From Escherichia phage vB_EcoM-BECP11: a stretch of DNA of 64,000 bases. Where the stretch lies: the sequence record MW286157.1; one strand, given 5' to 3'. The notes under the pieces were generated by a model. That model searched no databases and was not told the DNA's origin. It was given only the letters and a program-made list of their open reading frames with translations. Shown piece after piece: positions 32,853 to 44,064 of this stretch. A program made the translations under genes and the position numbers. Each line of letters begins with the position of its first letter. The first letter of the stretch is position 1.

Positions 32853-34031
32853 ATGAGCACAGTTTTTAATACAAATCCAGTTGATGTTTTAAAAGAACCT
32901 ATGTTCTTCGGTTCAGGTCTTGGTATTGCGCGTTATGATATTCAACGTCATAAAGTTTTTGAAGATTTAACCGAAAAGCAATTGTCATTTTTCTGGCGTC
33001 CTGAAGAAGTAAACTTGATGATGGATGCTGCACAATTTAACAAGCTTCCCCAGTATCAGCAAGATATTTTTACTAATAACTTGAAGTATCAATCACTTCT
33101 AGATAGCATTCAGGGTCGTGCACCGTCTGCTGTACTTATGTCATTAATTTCAGACCCAAGCCTTGATACATGGGTTGCTACATGGACTTTTAGTGAAACT
33201 ATTCACAGTCGTTCATACACTCATATTATGCGGAATCTTTATACTGATCCGTCAAAGGTATTTGATGAGATTGTATTAGATAAAGCTATCATGAAACGTG
33301 CTGAATCTATTGGTCGTTATTATGATGATGTTATTAAGAAAACTAGATATTGGCAGAATGCTAAAGCTGATATTGAGTACCAAAAAGAAATTAACGCAGA
33401 CGAAGATGATATTAAAGATGCCATAGAGCATGAAATGTATTGGAAACGTGAACTAATGCGCTCTCTTTACCTCTGCCTGCACGTAATCAACGCATTGGAA
33501 GCTATTCGTTTTTATGTATCTTTCGCATGTACCTTTAACTTCCATAAAAACATGGAAATCATGGAAGGTAATGCCAAGATTATGAAGTTCATTGCACGTG
33601 ATGAGCAGCTTCACCTTAAAGGCACCCAATATATTATTCGTCAACTTCAACTTGGCACTGATGGTGATGAATGGGTTAAAATCGCCCAAGAGTGTGAACA
33701 AGAAGCAGTTGATATTTTCATGGAAGTTAACCGCCAAGAAAAAGATTGGGCAGTTCATTTATTTAAAGATGGCGATGTTCCTGGATTAAATACAAATAGC
33801 ATGTGGAGCTTTATTGATTACTTAACTGTATCTCGTATGAAACAGTGCGGTCTTCCATGCCCAATTACCGATGCTCCGGTTAAACATCCGTATCCTTGGA
33901 TTCGTGAATATCTTAATTCTGATAATGTTCAATCCGCGCCACAAGAAGTAGAACTATCATCTTACCTTGTAGCACAGATTGATAATGATGTTGATGATAA
34001 AGTTATGATGAGTTTTAAAAAATATTTTTAA
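32853..34031 (+). CDS. nrdB: ribonucleotide reductase small subunit (392 aa), uninterrupted
   Basis: di-iron/tyrosyl-radical ferritin-like motifs; single continuous ORF with no intron. Confidence 0.95.
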   Translation: MSTVFNTNPVDVLKEPMFFGSGLGIARYDIQRHKVFEDLTEKQLSFFWRPEEVNLMMDAAQFNKLPQYQQDIFTNNLKYQSLLDSIQGRAPSAVLMSLISDPSLDTWVATWTFSETIHSRSYTHIMRNLYTDPSKVFDEIVLDKAIMKRAESIGRYYDDVIKKTRYWQNAKADIEYQKEINADEDDIKDAIEHEMYWKRELMRSLYLCLHVINALEAIRFYVSFACTFNFHKNMEIMEGNAKIMKFIARDEQLHLKGTQYIIRQLQLGTDGDEWVKIAQECEQEAVDIFMEVNRQEKDWAVHLFKDGDVPGLNTNSMWSFIDYLTVSRMKQCGLPCPITDAPVKHPYPWIREYLNSDNVQSAPQEVELSSYLVAQIDNDVDDKVMMSFKKYF

Positions 34032-34036
34032 GGAGT

Positions 34037-34050
34037 GGGCCGCAAGGCCC
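34037..34050 (+). promoter_or_regulatory. RNA hairpin (GNRA loop) between an SD-like AGGAG and the denA start codon
   Basis: AGGAG(34031-35), 1 nt, GGGCC-GCAA-GGCCC, 8 nt, ATG(34059). Confidence 0.5.
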
Positions 34051-34058
34051 ATTTTATT

Positions 34059-35646
<1,588 letters not shown>

Positions 35647-35649
35647 GCT

Positions 35650-35679
35650 GTTTACAAGTCCCTCGTGTTGTGTTATAGT
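35650..35679 (+). promoter_or_regulatory. T4-type early promoter for alc
   Basis: GTTTAC 35650-35655, 18-bp spacer, TGTTATAGT. Confidence 0.55.
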
Positions 35680-35703
35680 AATCTTACTGACATAACATGA
35701 GGA
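35650..35703 (+). repeat. 54-bp promoter-leader repeat, copy A (upstream of alc)
   Basis: GTTTACAAGTCCCTCGTGTTGTGTTATAGTAATCTTACTGACATAACATGAGGA. Confidence 0.7.
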
Positions 35704-35707
35704 CTTT

Positions 35708-36214
35708 ATGATGGATTTGCAGCTTATTACTACTGAGATGGTCGTTGAAGCATACGGTGATACTACAGATGGGATTTCTGTATTTAAAGGAAATCGTCGA
35801 GTTGGATATATCACCGATCTTAAGAAAGATTTAGCTAAGCAAGTCAAGCGGAAAACGACCATTAAAGAATATCGAAATCGTCGTCTTGAGCAAGCCCGTG
35901 ATATGCTTCCTGATGCGGTTGAGGAGATGAAAGTCTTTTTAGAAAATCAGCTTGCGAAATATGATTGTGATGTGTTCATTAATCAGACTCAACCTAATGT
36001 TCATATTAACAACTGTAAATGCTATATCATCGTTAATCCTTTAACGGGAAAACATCGTCTTGGAATTAGTAATCCAAATCGTAGCGCATCAGATATGGCA
36101 GAAGATGTTGAGGCATGCTTTAAAATTTCTAAATCTCCAGCTGAACATCATATTTTAATTAACGGTCTTTCTCAAGACGATATTATAGAGGTTATTAAAA
36201 CTTTATGCAATTAA
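35708..36214 (+). CDS. alc: Alc, inhibitor of host transcription on cytosine-containing DNA
   Basis: MMDLQLITTEMVVEAYGDTTDGISVFKGNRRVGYIT matches T4 Alc as recalled; early promoter 35650-35679 upstream. Confidence 0.85.
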   Translation: MMDLQLITTEMVVEAYGDTTDGISVFKGNRRVGYITDLKKDLAKQVKRKTTIKEYRNRRLEQARDMLPDAVEEMKVFLENQLAKYDCDVFINQTQPNVHINNCKCYIIVNPLTGKHRLGISNPNRSASDMAEDVEACFKISKSPAEHHILINGLSQDDIIEVIKTLCN

Positions 36215-36558
36215 GTAATACGACAACAGGCTTGCTATTAATTGTAATTGCATTGGGCGGAACTTCTTTAATTTTAAAAGATAAAATTGAAAGATTAGAA
36301 ACGTCTGTTGTAGAAATTACAAAAACGGCCAATGAAAACGCTTTAGCATTAAATAATTTGCGAATTCAGTATAATTATATTGATGCGATGAATAATAAAA
36401 ATCGTGAGGCAATTGCTGCTATTGAGCGTGAAAATGAAAAACTGTGCAAAGACGCAAAGAAGGCGGATGTGGTGGCTCATAAGCCAGGATTGGTTGAAAA
36501 ACAAATCAACAACTCCTTCAACAAGTTCGCAGAAGACATCCAGGACCTTTCTAAATGA
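36205..36558 (+). CDS. pseT.3: inner-membrane spanin (i-spanin, Rz-like; T4 pseT.3 position)
   Basis: N-terminal TM helix TGLLLIVIALGGTSLIL then a coiled-coil-like periplasmic domain; paired with a downstream lipoprotein ORF. Confidence 0.7.
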   Translation: MQLSNTTTGLLLIVIALGGTSLILKDKIERLETSVVEITKTANENALALNNLRIQYNYIDAMNNKNREAIAAIERENEKLCKDAKKADVVAHKPGLVEKQINNSFNKFAEDIQDLSK

Positions 36559-36854
36559 TTAAACTGTCGGCAGTAATATTATCTATTGGTCTTCTAGTTG
36601 GTTGTTCGACAAAGCCTCTAGAAGTAAAGAAAGAAACAGTTCATCCTAATTGGCCAGTACAAATAAAGTCATATGATGAAGCTAAACTATCCTGGCAAGT
36701 TAAAGTTATTGATGGTAAAGCTTGGGTCGGTATGCTATTCGAAGATTCCCAGGAATTTCGTATTTGGCTTAATGATGTAAAACGATATGTACATGACCAG
36801 AAAACTATGATATGTTATTATCGCCAAGAGTTAAAAGAGGATAAATGCAAATGA
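36555..36854 (+). CDS. pseT.2: outer-membrane spanin lipoprotein (o-spanin, Rz1-like; T4 pseT.2 position)
   Basis: signal peptide with lipobox MIKLSAVILSIGLLVGC-S; ATGA overlap with the i-spanin gene. Confidence 0.7.
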   Translation: MIKLSAVILSIGLLVGCSTKPLEVKKETVHPNWPVQIKSYDEAKLSWQVKVIDGKAWVGMLFEDSQEFRIWLNDVKRYVHDQKTMICYYRQELKEDKCK

Positions 36855-37075
36855 TTTCATGGCATCAATTTGAACATCTCAAAGGATTGATTTATGAATC
36901 CGAGATGGCTGCAATGATTTACGGACGCCAGATTCAGCGGTTAGAATCTTTACCTCCAACTAATGATGTTTTATTAGCTCAATCACGTGCTAATCTTAAA
37001 AATGAATACCAAAATAAGTGGGGCAAAGCATCTAAAGACCTGCATGATTATATTCAATCATTGGTTGAGAAATAA
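36845..37075 (+). CDS. hypothetical protein (76 aa)
   Basis: ORF overlapping the upstream stop. Confidence 0.45.
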   Translation: MQMISWHQFEHLKGLIYESEMAAMIYGRQIQRLESLPPTNDVLLAQSRANLKNEYQNKWGKASKDLHDYIQSLVEK

Positions 37076-37078
37076 TAA

Positions 37079-38300
<1,222 letters not shown>

Positions 38301-38301
<1 letters not shown>

Positions 38302-38498
38302 TGGCGTGGCATCATGAAACTTGGGCTATTATTATTGTAAATAGTGGTTTAGTCGGTACTAGTAATGGGCAATTTTGTGTATTCACTAGTGAAATCAGAG
38401 CTTGGGAGGAATGCCTTAAATTAAGAGAAAAGAATCCTGATGTTGAACTAACAGTAAAGAAAACTAAACTGCCTTTACCATGGAAAACTTATGAATAA
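38301..38498 (+). CDS. hypothetical protein (65 aa)
   Basis: TAATG overlap with pseT stop. Confidence 0.4.
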
Positions 38499-38691
38499 CA
38501 TAGAAAAGATTTATCGTCTTTGTGATAAAATTGAAAAAGAAAAGAAATATCTATTTTGTTTATGGCCTATTGTTGATGGAAGAGTAGGCTTAGATGTTCT
38601 TGATTATGAAACAGAAGACAAAGTAGATGGTTCAACTTTTGATAATGCGTTGGATGTTATTGATTGGCTCGAAGAAAATTATGTGAGGTAA
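38491..38691 (+). CDS. hypothetical protein (66 aa)
   Basis: ORF overlapping the upstream gene. Confidence 0.4.
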   Translation: MNNIEKIYRLCDKIEKEKKYLFCLWPIVDGRVGLDVLDYETEDKVDGSTFDNALDVIDWLEENYVR

Positions 38692-38693
38692 AT

Positions 38694-38969
38694 ATGTTTC
38701 CGACTTATTCTAAAATTGTAGAAGTAGTGTTTAGTCAAATTATCGCTAATAATATGTTTGAAAAGCTTGATAACGCAGCCGAGCTTCGAATTCATGCTCA
38801 AGTGACTCATGTATTGAACACTTTGCTTCCAGACCAGGTGGATTCTGTTGCCATCACGTTGTATCCAGGTTCCGCGCATATCATTGTTGTATTCGGTCTT
38901 GATGCTGAGCTAGTTATCAAAGGCGACATTCGTTTTGAATCACAGACATCAGAATTCAAAGCAATTTAA
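38694..38969 (+). CDS. hypothetical protein (91 aa)
   Basis: ATG after GAGGTAAAT; the longer track start overlaps the upstream gene. Confidence 0.45.
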   Translation: MFPTYSKIVEVVFSQIIANNMFEKLDNAAELRIHAQVTHVLNTLLPDQVDSVAITLYPGSAHIIVVFGLDAELVIKGDIRFESQTSEFKAI

Positions 38970-38971
38970 TA

Positions 38972-39001
38972 GTTTACTTTACGGTAGAGTTGTGATATTA
39001 T
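38972..39001 (+). promoter_or_regulatory. T4-type early promoter
   Basis: GTTTAC 38972-38977, 18-bp spacer, TGATATTAT. Confidence 0.5.
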
Positions 39002-39032
39002 AGCTCTACCAAAAACAAACGAGGAAATTGAA

Positions 39033-39560
39033 ATGAGCGAATGGTTTGAAGAAGATAAGGTTTATCGCTTTAAAACTGGGTATAAAGATATTTTTAATGA
39101 AACTTGCGGGGCTAATAAACGAATTGCCCAGTTTATTGGGGAAAATTCATTTAAAGTAAAAATAGATCCTGCGAAAAATGTTATTAGCATTAAACGCGAA
39201 ATTGATGACTGTTGGTATAAAGCTGTTGATGTAATGGGCGAATCCTATAAAGTTAGCCCGTTATTTTCAATTGCTTATATGTTAGAATATTCTTTTTTCG
39301 AAGAAGTTCAAAAAGATGATTCTGTCAGTAAATTTGAAATTAAAACTGATAAAGAAATTAAGTGGAAAGTAGTAGGTATTACTGGTTGTATGTTTTATAT
39401 CTATGCTCAAACTGATACGAAGGAAGAAGCTAAAAAGAAAGCTCTAGAATATCTTGAAGAGTATGAAGAAGGTCCAGTAATGATTACCCAAGATGCTGAA
39501 TTAGTTTCTGTCAAATTAGTTAAAAACGTTGAAAGTAAGGAGCTGGGATCAACATGCTAA
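39033..39560 (+). CDS. hypothetical protein (175 aa)
   Basis: RBS GAGGAAATTGAA, downstream of early promoter 38972-39001. Confidence 0.5.
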   Translation: MSEWFEEDKVYRFKTGYKDIFNETCGANKRIAQFIGENSFKVKIDPAKNVISIKREIDDCWYKAVDVMGESYKVSPLFSIAYMLEYSFFEEVQKDDSVSKFEIKTDKEIKWKVVGITGCMFYIYAQTDTKEEAKKKALEYLEEYEEGPVMITQDAELVSVKLVKNVESKELGSTC

Positions 39561-39790
39561 GTGAAAAACCAATTACTGTTAAAGAATTTCAAGAAAAAGT
39601 TAAACTATTTGCGCAGGAATTAGTAAATAAGGTTTCTGAACGATTTCCTGAAACATCGGTTCGTGTTATTACCGAAACTCCTCGTTCAGTATTAGTAATT
39701 GTGAATCCAGGTGATGGCGATCAAATATCGCATCTTAAATTGGATTTTGATGGATTAGTTGAAGCACAAAGGGTGTATGGCGTACTATGA
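39554..39790 (+). CDS. hypothetical protein (78 aa)
   Basis: ORF overlapping the upstream stop. Confidence 0.45.
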   Translation: MLSEKPITVKEFQEKVKLFAQELVNKVSERFPETSVRVITETPRSVLVIVNPGDGDQISHLKLDFDGLVEAQRVYGVL

Positions 39791-40125
39791 TGAATTTAAC
39801 TGATATAATTGATAATTGTCTTGAAAATGATACTGGCGATCATAGAGCGCTTGACTCTGAAACAGCACAGTTCATTAGAATAACTTTAATGAATGACACT
39901 CTGGTAAATAGTATTCATCCTTCTGTATATGATGCTATTATTGTGACGAAGTATCCAGTTGAGCTTCACAAAAAGATGGTTGGTGCAATTTTTATTGATA
40001 AGAAAAACCGCTTTAAAGATGGGCAGAATATAATTAGTTCTGTTATTAAAAGTATAACTAAACTTCGTCACGAAATTTATCGTGTTGAAACTGCTAAATC
40101 TGCTTATCTGGTGATTATGAAATGA
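39787..40125 (+). CDS. hypothetical protein (112 aa)
   Basis: ATGA overlap on both sides. Confidence 0.5.
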   Translation: MMNLTDIIDNCLENDTGDHRALDSETAQFIRITLMNDTLVNSIHPSVYDAIIVTKYPVELHKKMVGAIFIDKKNRFKDGQNIISSVIKSITKLRHEIYRVETAKSAYLVIMK

Positions 40126-40703
40126 AAGCGAGTACAGTACTTCAAATTGCATATTTAGTATCGCAGGAATCAAAATGTTGCTCCTGGAAGGTAGGAGCAG
40201 TAATTGAAAAGAATGGACGTATTATTTCTACCGGATATAATGGTTCACCTGCTGGTGGTGTGAACTGTTGTGATTATGCTGCTGAGCAAGGTTGGTTGCT
40301 GAATAAGCCTAAACATACTATCATCCAAGGTCATAAGCCCGAATGTGTATCATTTGGTTCAACTGATCGTTTTGTCTTGGCAAAAGAACACCGGAGCGCT
40401 CACTCTGAATGGTCGTCTAAAAATGAAATTCATGCTGAACTAAATGCAATTTTGTTTGCTGCACGAAATGGTTCTTCTATTGAAGGTGCTACTATGTATG
40501 TAACACTTTCTCCTTGTCCAGATTGTGCAAAAGCGATAGCTCAATCTGGTATTAAAAAACTGGTTTATTGCGAAACATACGATAAAAATAAACCTGGCTG
40601 GGATGATATTCTGCGAAATGCGGGTATTGAAGTGTTTAATGTTCCTAAGAAAAACTTAAATAAGTTAAATTGGGAAAATATCAACGAATTCTGTGGTGAA
40701 TAA
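40122..40703 (+). CDS. cd: dCMP deaminase (193 aa)
   Basis: zinc-binding deaminase motifs HAELNAILFAA and SPCPDCAKAI; same length as T4 Cd. Confidence 0.9.
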   Translation: MKASTVLQIAYLVSQESKCCSWKVGAVIEKNGRIISTGYNGSPAGGVNCCDYAAEQGWLLNKPKHTIIQGHKPECVSFGSTDRFVLAKEHRSAHSEWSSKNEIHAELNAILFAARNGSSIEGATMYVTLSPCPDCAKAIAQSGIKKLVYCETYDKNKPGWDDILRNAGIEVFNVPKKNLNKLNWENINEFCGE

Positions 40704-40939
40704 TGAAATTTCGTTTGGTACAGCTCACAGCAATTAGTTCTTATTCTAACGAGAACATTTCATTTGCTGTAGAGTATAAGAAATATTTTTTCTCTAAATG
40801 GAAGCAGTATTATAAGTCAGAATGGGTTTGTATTGATAGACCGTATAGTTGGAAATCTGATTTAGAAAAATGCCAAAAATTGCTTTCCACTCTTAAAGAA
40901 CGTGGAACAACCCATATTAAAACTGTAATAGGTAAATAA
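40703..40939 (+). CDS. hypothetical protein (78 aa)
   Basis: TAATG overlap with cd stop. Confidence 0.45.
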   Translation: MKFRLVQLTAISSYSNENISFAVEYKKYFFSKWKQYYKSEWVCIDRPYSWKSDLEKCQKLLSTLKERGTTHIKTVIGK

Positions 40940-41248
40940 ATGAAATTGACAACTGAACAGAAAGTAGCAATTCGTGAAATTTTGAAAACTAAATTGTCCA
41001 TGGGTATTTCAAACGTGGTTTTTGAAAAGTCTGATGGTACTATTCGTACTATGAAAGGCACTCGTGATGCTGACTTTATGCCAACTATGCAAACCGGTAA
41101 ATTGACTGAATCTACTCGGAAAGAATCTACTGATATGATTCCGATATTTGATGTTGAACTCGGTGCATGGCGAGGTTTTTCTATTGACAAATTGATTTCT
41201 GTTAATGGTATGAAAGTTGAGCATTTACTCCAATTTATTGGTAAATAA
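40940..41248 (+). CDS. hypothetical protein (102 aa)
   Basis: ORF immediately after the upstream stop. Confidence 0.5.
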   Translation: MKLTTEQKVAIREILKTKLSMGISNVVFEKSDGTIRTMKGTRDADFMPTMQTGKLTESTRKESTDMIPIFDVELGAWRGFSIDKLISVNGMKVEHLLQFIGK

Positions 41249-41304
41249 ATGCTTTAAGAATTATTTGTTATTATTAATTCATCTGTTAACAAAAAGGAAA
41301 AACG

Positions 41305-41640
41305 ATGTCTGAAGTACAACAGCTACCAATTCGTGCTGTCGGTGAATATGTTATTTTAGTTTCTGAACCTGCACAAGCCGGTGATGAAGAAGTTACAGAA
41401 TCAGGACTTATTATTGGTAAACGTGTCCAAGGTGAAGTTCCTGAACTGTGTGTAGTTCACTCTGTTGGTCCTGATGTTCCTGAAGGTTTCTGCGAAGTCG
41501 GTGATTTGACTTCTCTTCCAGTTGGTCAAATTCGAAATGTTCCGCATCCTTTTGTAGCTCTGGGTCTTAAGCAGCCAAAAGAAATTAAACAAAAATTCGT
41601 CACTTGCCACTATAAAGCTATTCCATGTCTTTATAAGTGA
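41305..41640 (+). CDS. 31: co-chaperonin gp31 (GroES analogue, 111 aa)
   Basis: [39 protein letters not shown] matches T4 gp31 as recalled. Confidence 0.9.
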
Positions 41641-41648
41641 TATAAATA
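41641..41648 (+). promoter_or_regulatory. late promoter (TATAAATA) between 31 and rIII
   Basis: exact TATAAATA immediately after the gene 31 stop. Confidence 0.45.
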
Positions 41649-41787
41649 ATAATATGAATTGGGTGTCGGAATAATAAGTTAACCGAACAATTCTATGTGG
41701 TAGTCTACAACTGAGAGATCTGTCGAAAGAAGATGAAATTCAGAAGAACGTGACTACCGAGTTTTAATCTCTAACGAGAATTTTTAA

Positions 41788-42036
41788 ATGATTAAACAAT
41801 TACAACACGCTCTTGAACTGCAACGAAACGCATGGAATAATGGTCACGAAAACTATGGCGCATCTATTGATGTTGAAGCCGAAGCTCTTGAAATCCTGCG
41901 TTATTTCAAACATCTAAATCCTGCTCAAACTGCATTAGCTGCTGAGCTTCAGGAAAAAGATGAACTTAAGTATGCTAAGCCTCTGGCTTCTGCTGCACGA
42001 AAAGCAGTTCGTCACTTTGTGGTAACATTGAAGTAA
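41788..42036 (+). CDS. rIII: rIII lysis-inhibition accessory protein (82 aa)
   Basis: MIKQLQHALELQRNAWNNGHENYG... matches T4 RIII as recalled. Confidence 0.85.
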   Translation: MIKQLQHALELQRNAWNNGHENYGASIDVEAEALEILRYFKHLNPAQTALAAELQEKDELKYAKPLASAARKAVRHFVVTLK

Positions 42037-42281
42037 TTTATTGGAGATTCACTGCCTTAGTGTGAGCTAAAATCGAGGAGCCATCGAACTGTCTGATTAA
42101 TGATTTGCGAATCATTATAGTTTTAAGACCCCGGCAGTTTTATGGTGTACCTCTTGAATGTGAATGATGACGGGTTTATGGTTATCCTGGTCGTTAAATA
42201 CCCAAAAACCTATGTTCCCCTTAAGGGCTTGCGCAGGCAATGCCAATAAGTCCTGCATTTTCATTTAAAAGAGAATTTATA

Positions 42282-42458
42282 ATGGCAAAACAAGCTAAAG
42301 CAAAGAAAGCAGTTGAAAAGAAAGTTGGTGATTCTAAACGCGCTGGCTACAAGCGTGGGTCGAACTCTCGTATCAATCAAACTGTTGAGAAGATCATGCG
42401 CCGAGCACGTGCGGTTCTTCGAGATGATGCTTCTCGTTTTGGTAAGCAGAAAGCATAA
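42282..42458 (+). CDS. small highly basic protein (58 aa); alternative start 42240
   Basis: MAKQAKAKKAVEKKVGDSKRAGYKRGSNSRINQ... Lys/Arg-rich; followed by terminator 42465-42488. Confidence 0.45.
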   Translation: MAKQAKAKKAVEKKVGDSKRAGYKRGSNSRINQTVEKIMRRARAVLRDDASRFGKQKA

Positions 42459-42464
42459 GTTGAG

Positions 42465-42488
42465 GACTCCTTCGGGAGTCCTTTTTTA
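42465..42488 (+). terminator. rho-independent terminator
   Basis: GGACTCC-TTCG-GGAGTCC hairpin followed by TTTTTT. Confidence 0.7.
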
Positions 42489-42512
42489 TTTTCCAAAGAT
42501 TGCATAAAGTTG

Positions 42513-42542
42513 TTTACAGTATGGTTCCTTTGTGATAGTATT
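42513..42542 (+). promoter_or_regulatory. T4-type early promoter
   Basis: GTTTAC 42513-42518, 18-bp spacer, TGATAGTAT; follows terminator 42465-42488. Confidence 0.5.
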
Positions 42543-42568
42543 ATCTTACACAAACAAAGGAGAATAAA

Positions 42569-42901
42569 ATGAAAACGATTAATCTGAACGCTGCAGTTAA
42601 AGCTAAATGCTTCAATGGTGAATATAACGAAACTATGTGGTTCTTAATGGCAGTTGAAGGTGATATTATTGAAGTAGAAACAACAGAAGGTATGGGAACA
42701 GATTTCACCTTTACAATTCAAGTTCATAATTTCTTTACTGGTTGGATTTATGAATTGAATACAGTAATCGTTGGAAAAATTGAACAAAATGAATTAGGTG
42801 AATGGTATTATGTTACAGCTCGCCAACGTGCCGAACGCTTAATTGAGAAGATGAAAAAAGTCGGTAAACTTGACATGAAGCACTGGAAAGTAGTAAAATA
42901 A
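42569..42901 (+). CDS. hypothetical protein (110 aa)
   Basis: RBS AAGGAGAATAAA after early promoter 42513-42542. Confidence 0.5.
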   Translation: MKTINLNAAVKAKCFNGEYNETMWFLMAVEGDIIEVETTEGMGTDFTFTIQVHNFFTGWIYELNTVIVGKIEQNELGEWYYVTARQRAERLIEKMKKVGKLDMKHWKVVK

Positions 42902-42903
42902 TT

Positions 42904-42932
42904 GTTTACTTTGGTACAGGATATGATATTAT
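42904..42932 (+). promoter_or_regulatory. T4-type early promoter
   Basis: GTTTAC 42904-42909, 17-bp spacer, TGATATTAT. Confidence 0.5.
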
Positions 42933-42969
42933 ATACCTGTACCGCAATTAAACATCTCGGAGAACAAAA

Positions 42970-43335
42970 ATGAACTACATCAACTTTGAACGTAAATATG
43001 TTTCTAATGGTATTGCAGGTTCTATTGATACTATTTGCCTTTGGAAACATCAAAATGGATCAGTATGCGAAATTGAACAGTATATGACTCCTAACTACGT
43101 TTATATGCGATTTGAAAATGGCATCACGGTTTCAATCACAATGGAAGGTTCAAATTTTAAAATCGCTTTAGATGATGATTTTCGTCAACGCGATTTAGGG
43201 ACTCATCCTTGCTGGAATGGTGATAATCGCAAGCTTTTGGTTAAAACTTGGATTCGTCATATTCTGAGTAACAGAGCTAAACCTGAGCATCTTGAAGCAA
43301 TCTTTGATGTAGTTCTTAACGAATTTGATATTTAA
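42970..43335 (+). CDS. hypothetical protein (121 aa)
   Basis: RBS GGAGAACAAAA after early promoter 42904-42932. Confidence 0.5.
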   Translation: MNYINFERKYVSNGIAGSIDTICLWKHQNGSVCEIEQYMTPNYVYMRFENGITVSITMEGSNFKIALDDDFRQRDLGTHPCWNGDNRKLLVKTWIRHILSNRAKPEHLEAIFDVVLNEFDI

Positions 43336-43345
43336 AATAAAATGA

Positions 43346-43359
43346 GGGGCTTCGGCCCC
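43346..43359 (+). promoter_or_regulatory. intercistronic RNA hairpin
   Basis: GGGGC-TTCG-GCCCC followed by RBS. Confidence 0.5.
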
Positions 43360-43376
43360 TTACTGAGGAAAATATT

Positions 43377-43664
43377 ATGTTTATGACTACTTATTTTGAC
43401 ACCCGCAAAAATTTTTGTGAAGTGGTTTTCTCAAAGGCACCTAAAGACCTTCCTGCTCATTTGCAGCCTACCAGTGAATCGATTAAAAATTACGTTGATG
43501 TGGTTTGTCCTTTAGAATTCCGTACAGTAAATGGGCGTGATACTTTAGCTATCGCTAAACTTAATCGTGAAATTGACATTGACCCTTCAATTGCGCGTGA
43601 AATTAATATTTCTGATATTGGCGGCGGTAATGTTAAATCGCATGGTCTTCAGATGAGGTTCTAA
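43377..43664 (+). CDS. hypothetical protein (95 aa)
   Basis: RBS GAGGAAAATATT after hairpin 43346-43359. Confidence 0.5.
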   Translation: MFMTTYFDTRKNFCEVVFSKAPKDLPAHLQPTSESIKNYVDVVCPLEFRTVNGRDTLAIAKLNREIDIDPSIAREINISDIGGGNVKSHGLQMRF

Positions 43665-43861
43665 TGAAATTCTTTTTAGGTCAAACTGTTGAATTAAAGG
43701 GAGTTGGTATACCTGGATTAATTTCTAAGGTTCTACCTCCATTTAAATGGAGTGGTGTTCAAATAAAAGAGGCTTATATTGTTTCCTGGGTAGATGGAAA
43801 TGAAGACCTTCGTATGGGTGATGAATTGTCTCCTATTTACGGATTAAAGGAATTAGTATGA
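43664..43861 (+). CDS. hypothetical protein (65 aa)
   Basis: TAATG overlap with upstream gene. Confidence 0.4.
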   Translation: MKFFLGQTVELKGVGIPGLISKVLPPFKWSGVQIKEAYIVSWVDGNEDLRMGDELSPIYGLKELV

Positions 43862-44064
43862 ATATAATTAATAAGATTTTTGGAATTCAGTACATTAAGG
43901 TCACATATAAAGTAACAGATAAAAATCCATATACTGATGAACATGAAGAACCACAAGTTGAGTCTATTATATTAGAAAAGGACCCTAACTGGCCAGTTGA
44001 ATTTCGTCTTCCTTGCTATGGTCATTGGGCTGATGTTGAAATTATAAGTATTGAAAATGTCTGA
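43858..44064 (+). CDS. hypothetical protein (68 aa)
   Basis: ATGA overlap with upstream gene. Confidence 0.4.
   Translation: MNIINKIFGIQYIKVTYKVTDKNPYTDEHEEPQVESIILEKDPNWPVEFRLPCYGHWADVEIISIENV

Noticed and set aside
41641-41787. Possible tRNA or small RNA gene in the gp31-rIII intergenic region
   Set aside because: No cloverleaf hallmarks: no acceptor stem pairing and no GTTCRA T-loop. The region holds a late promoter TATAAATA and an AT-rich leader.
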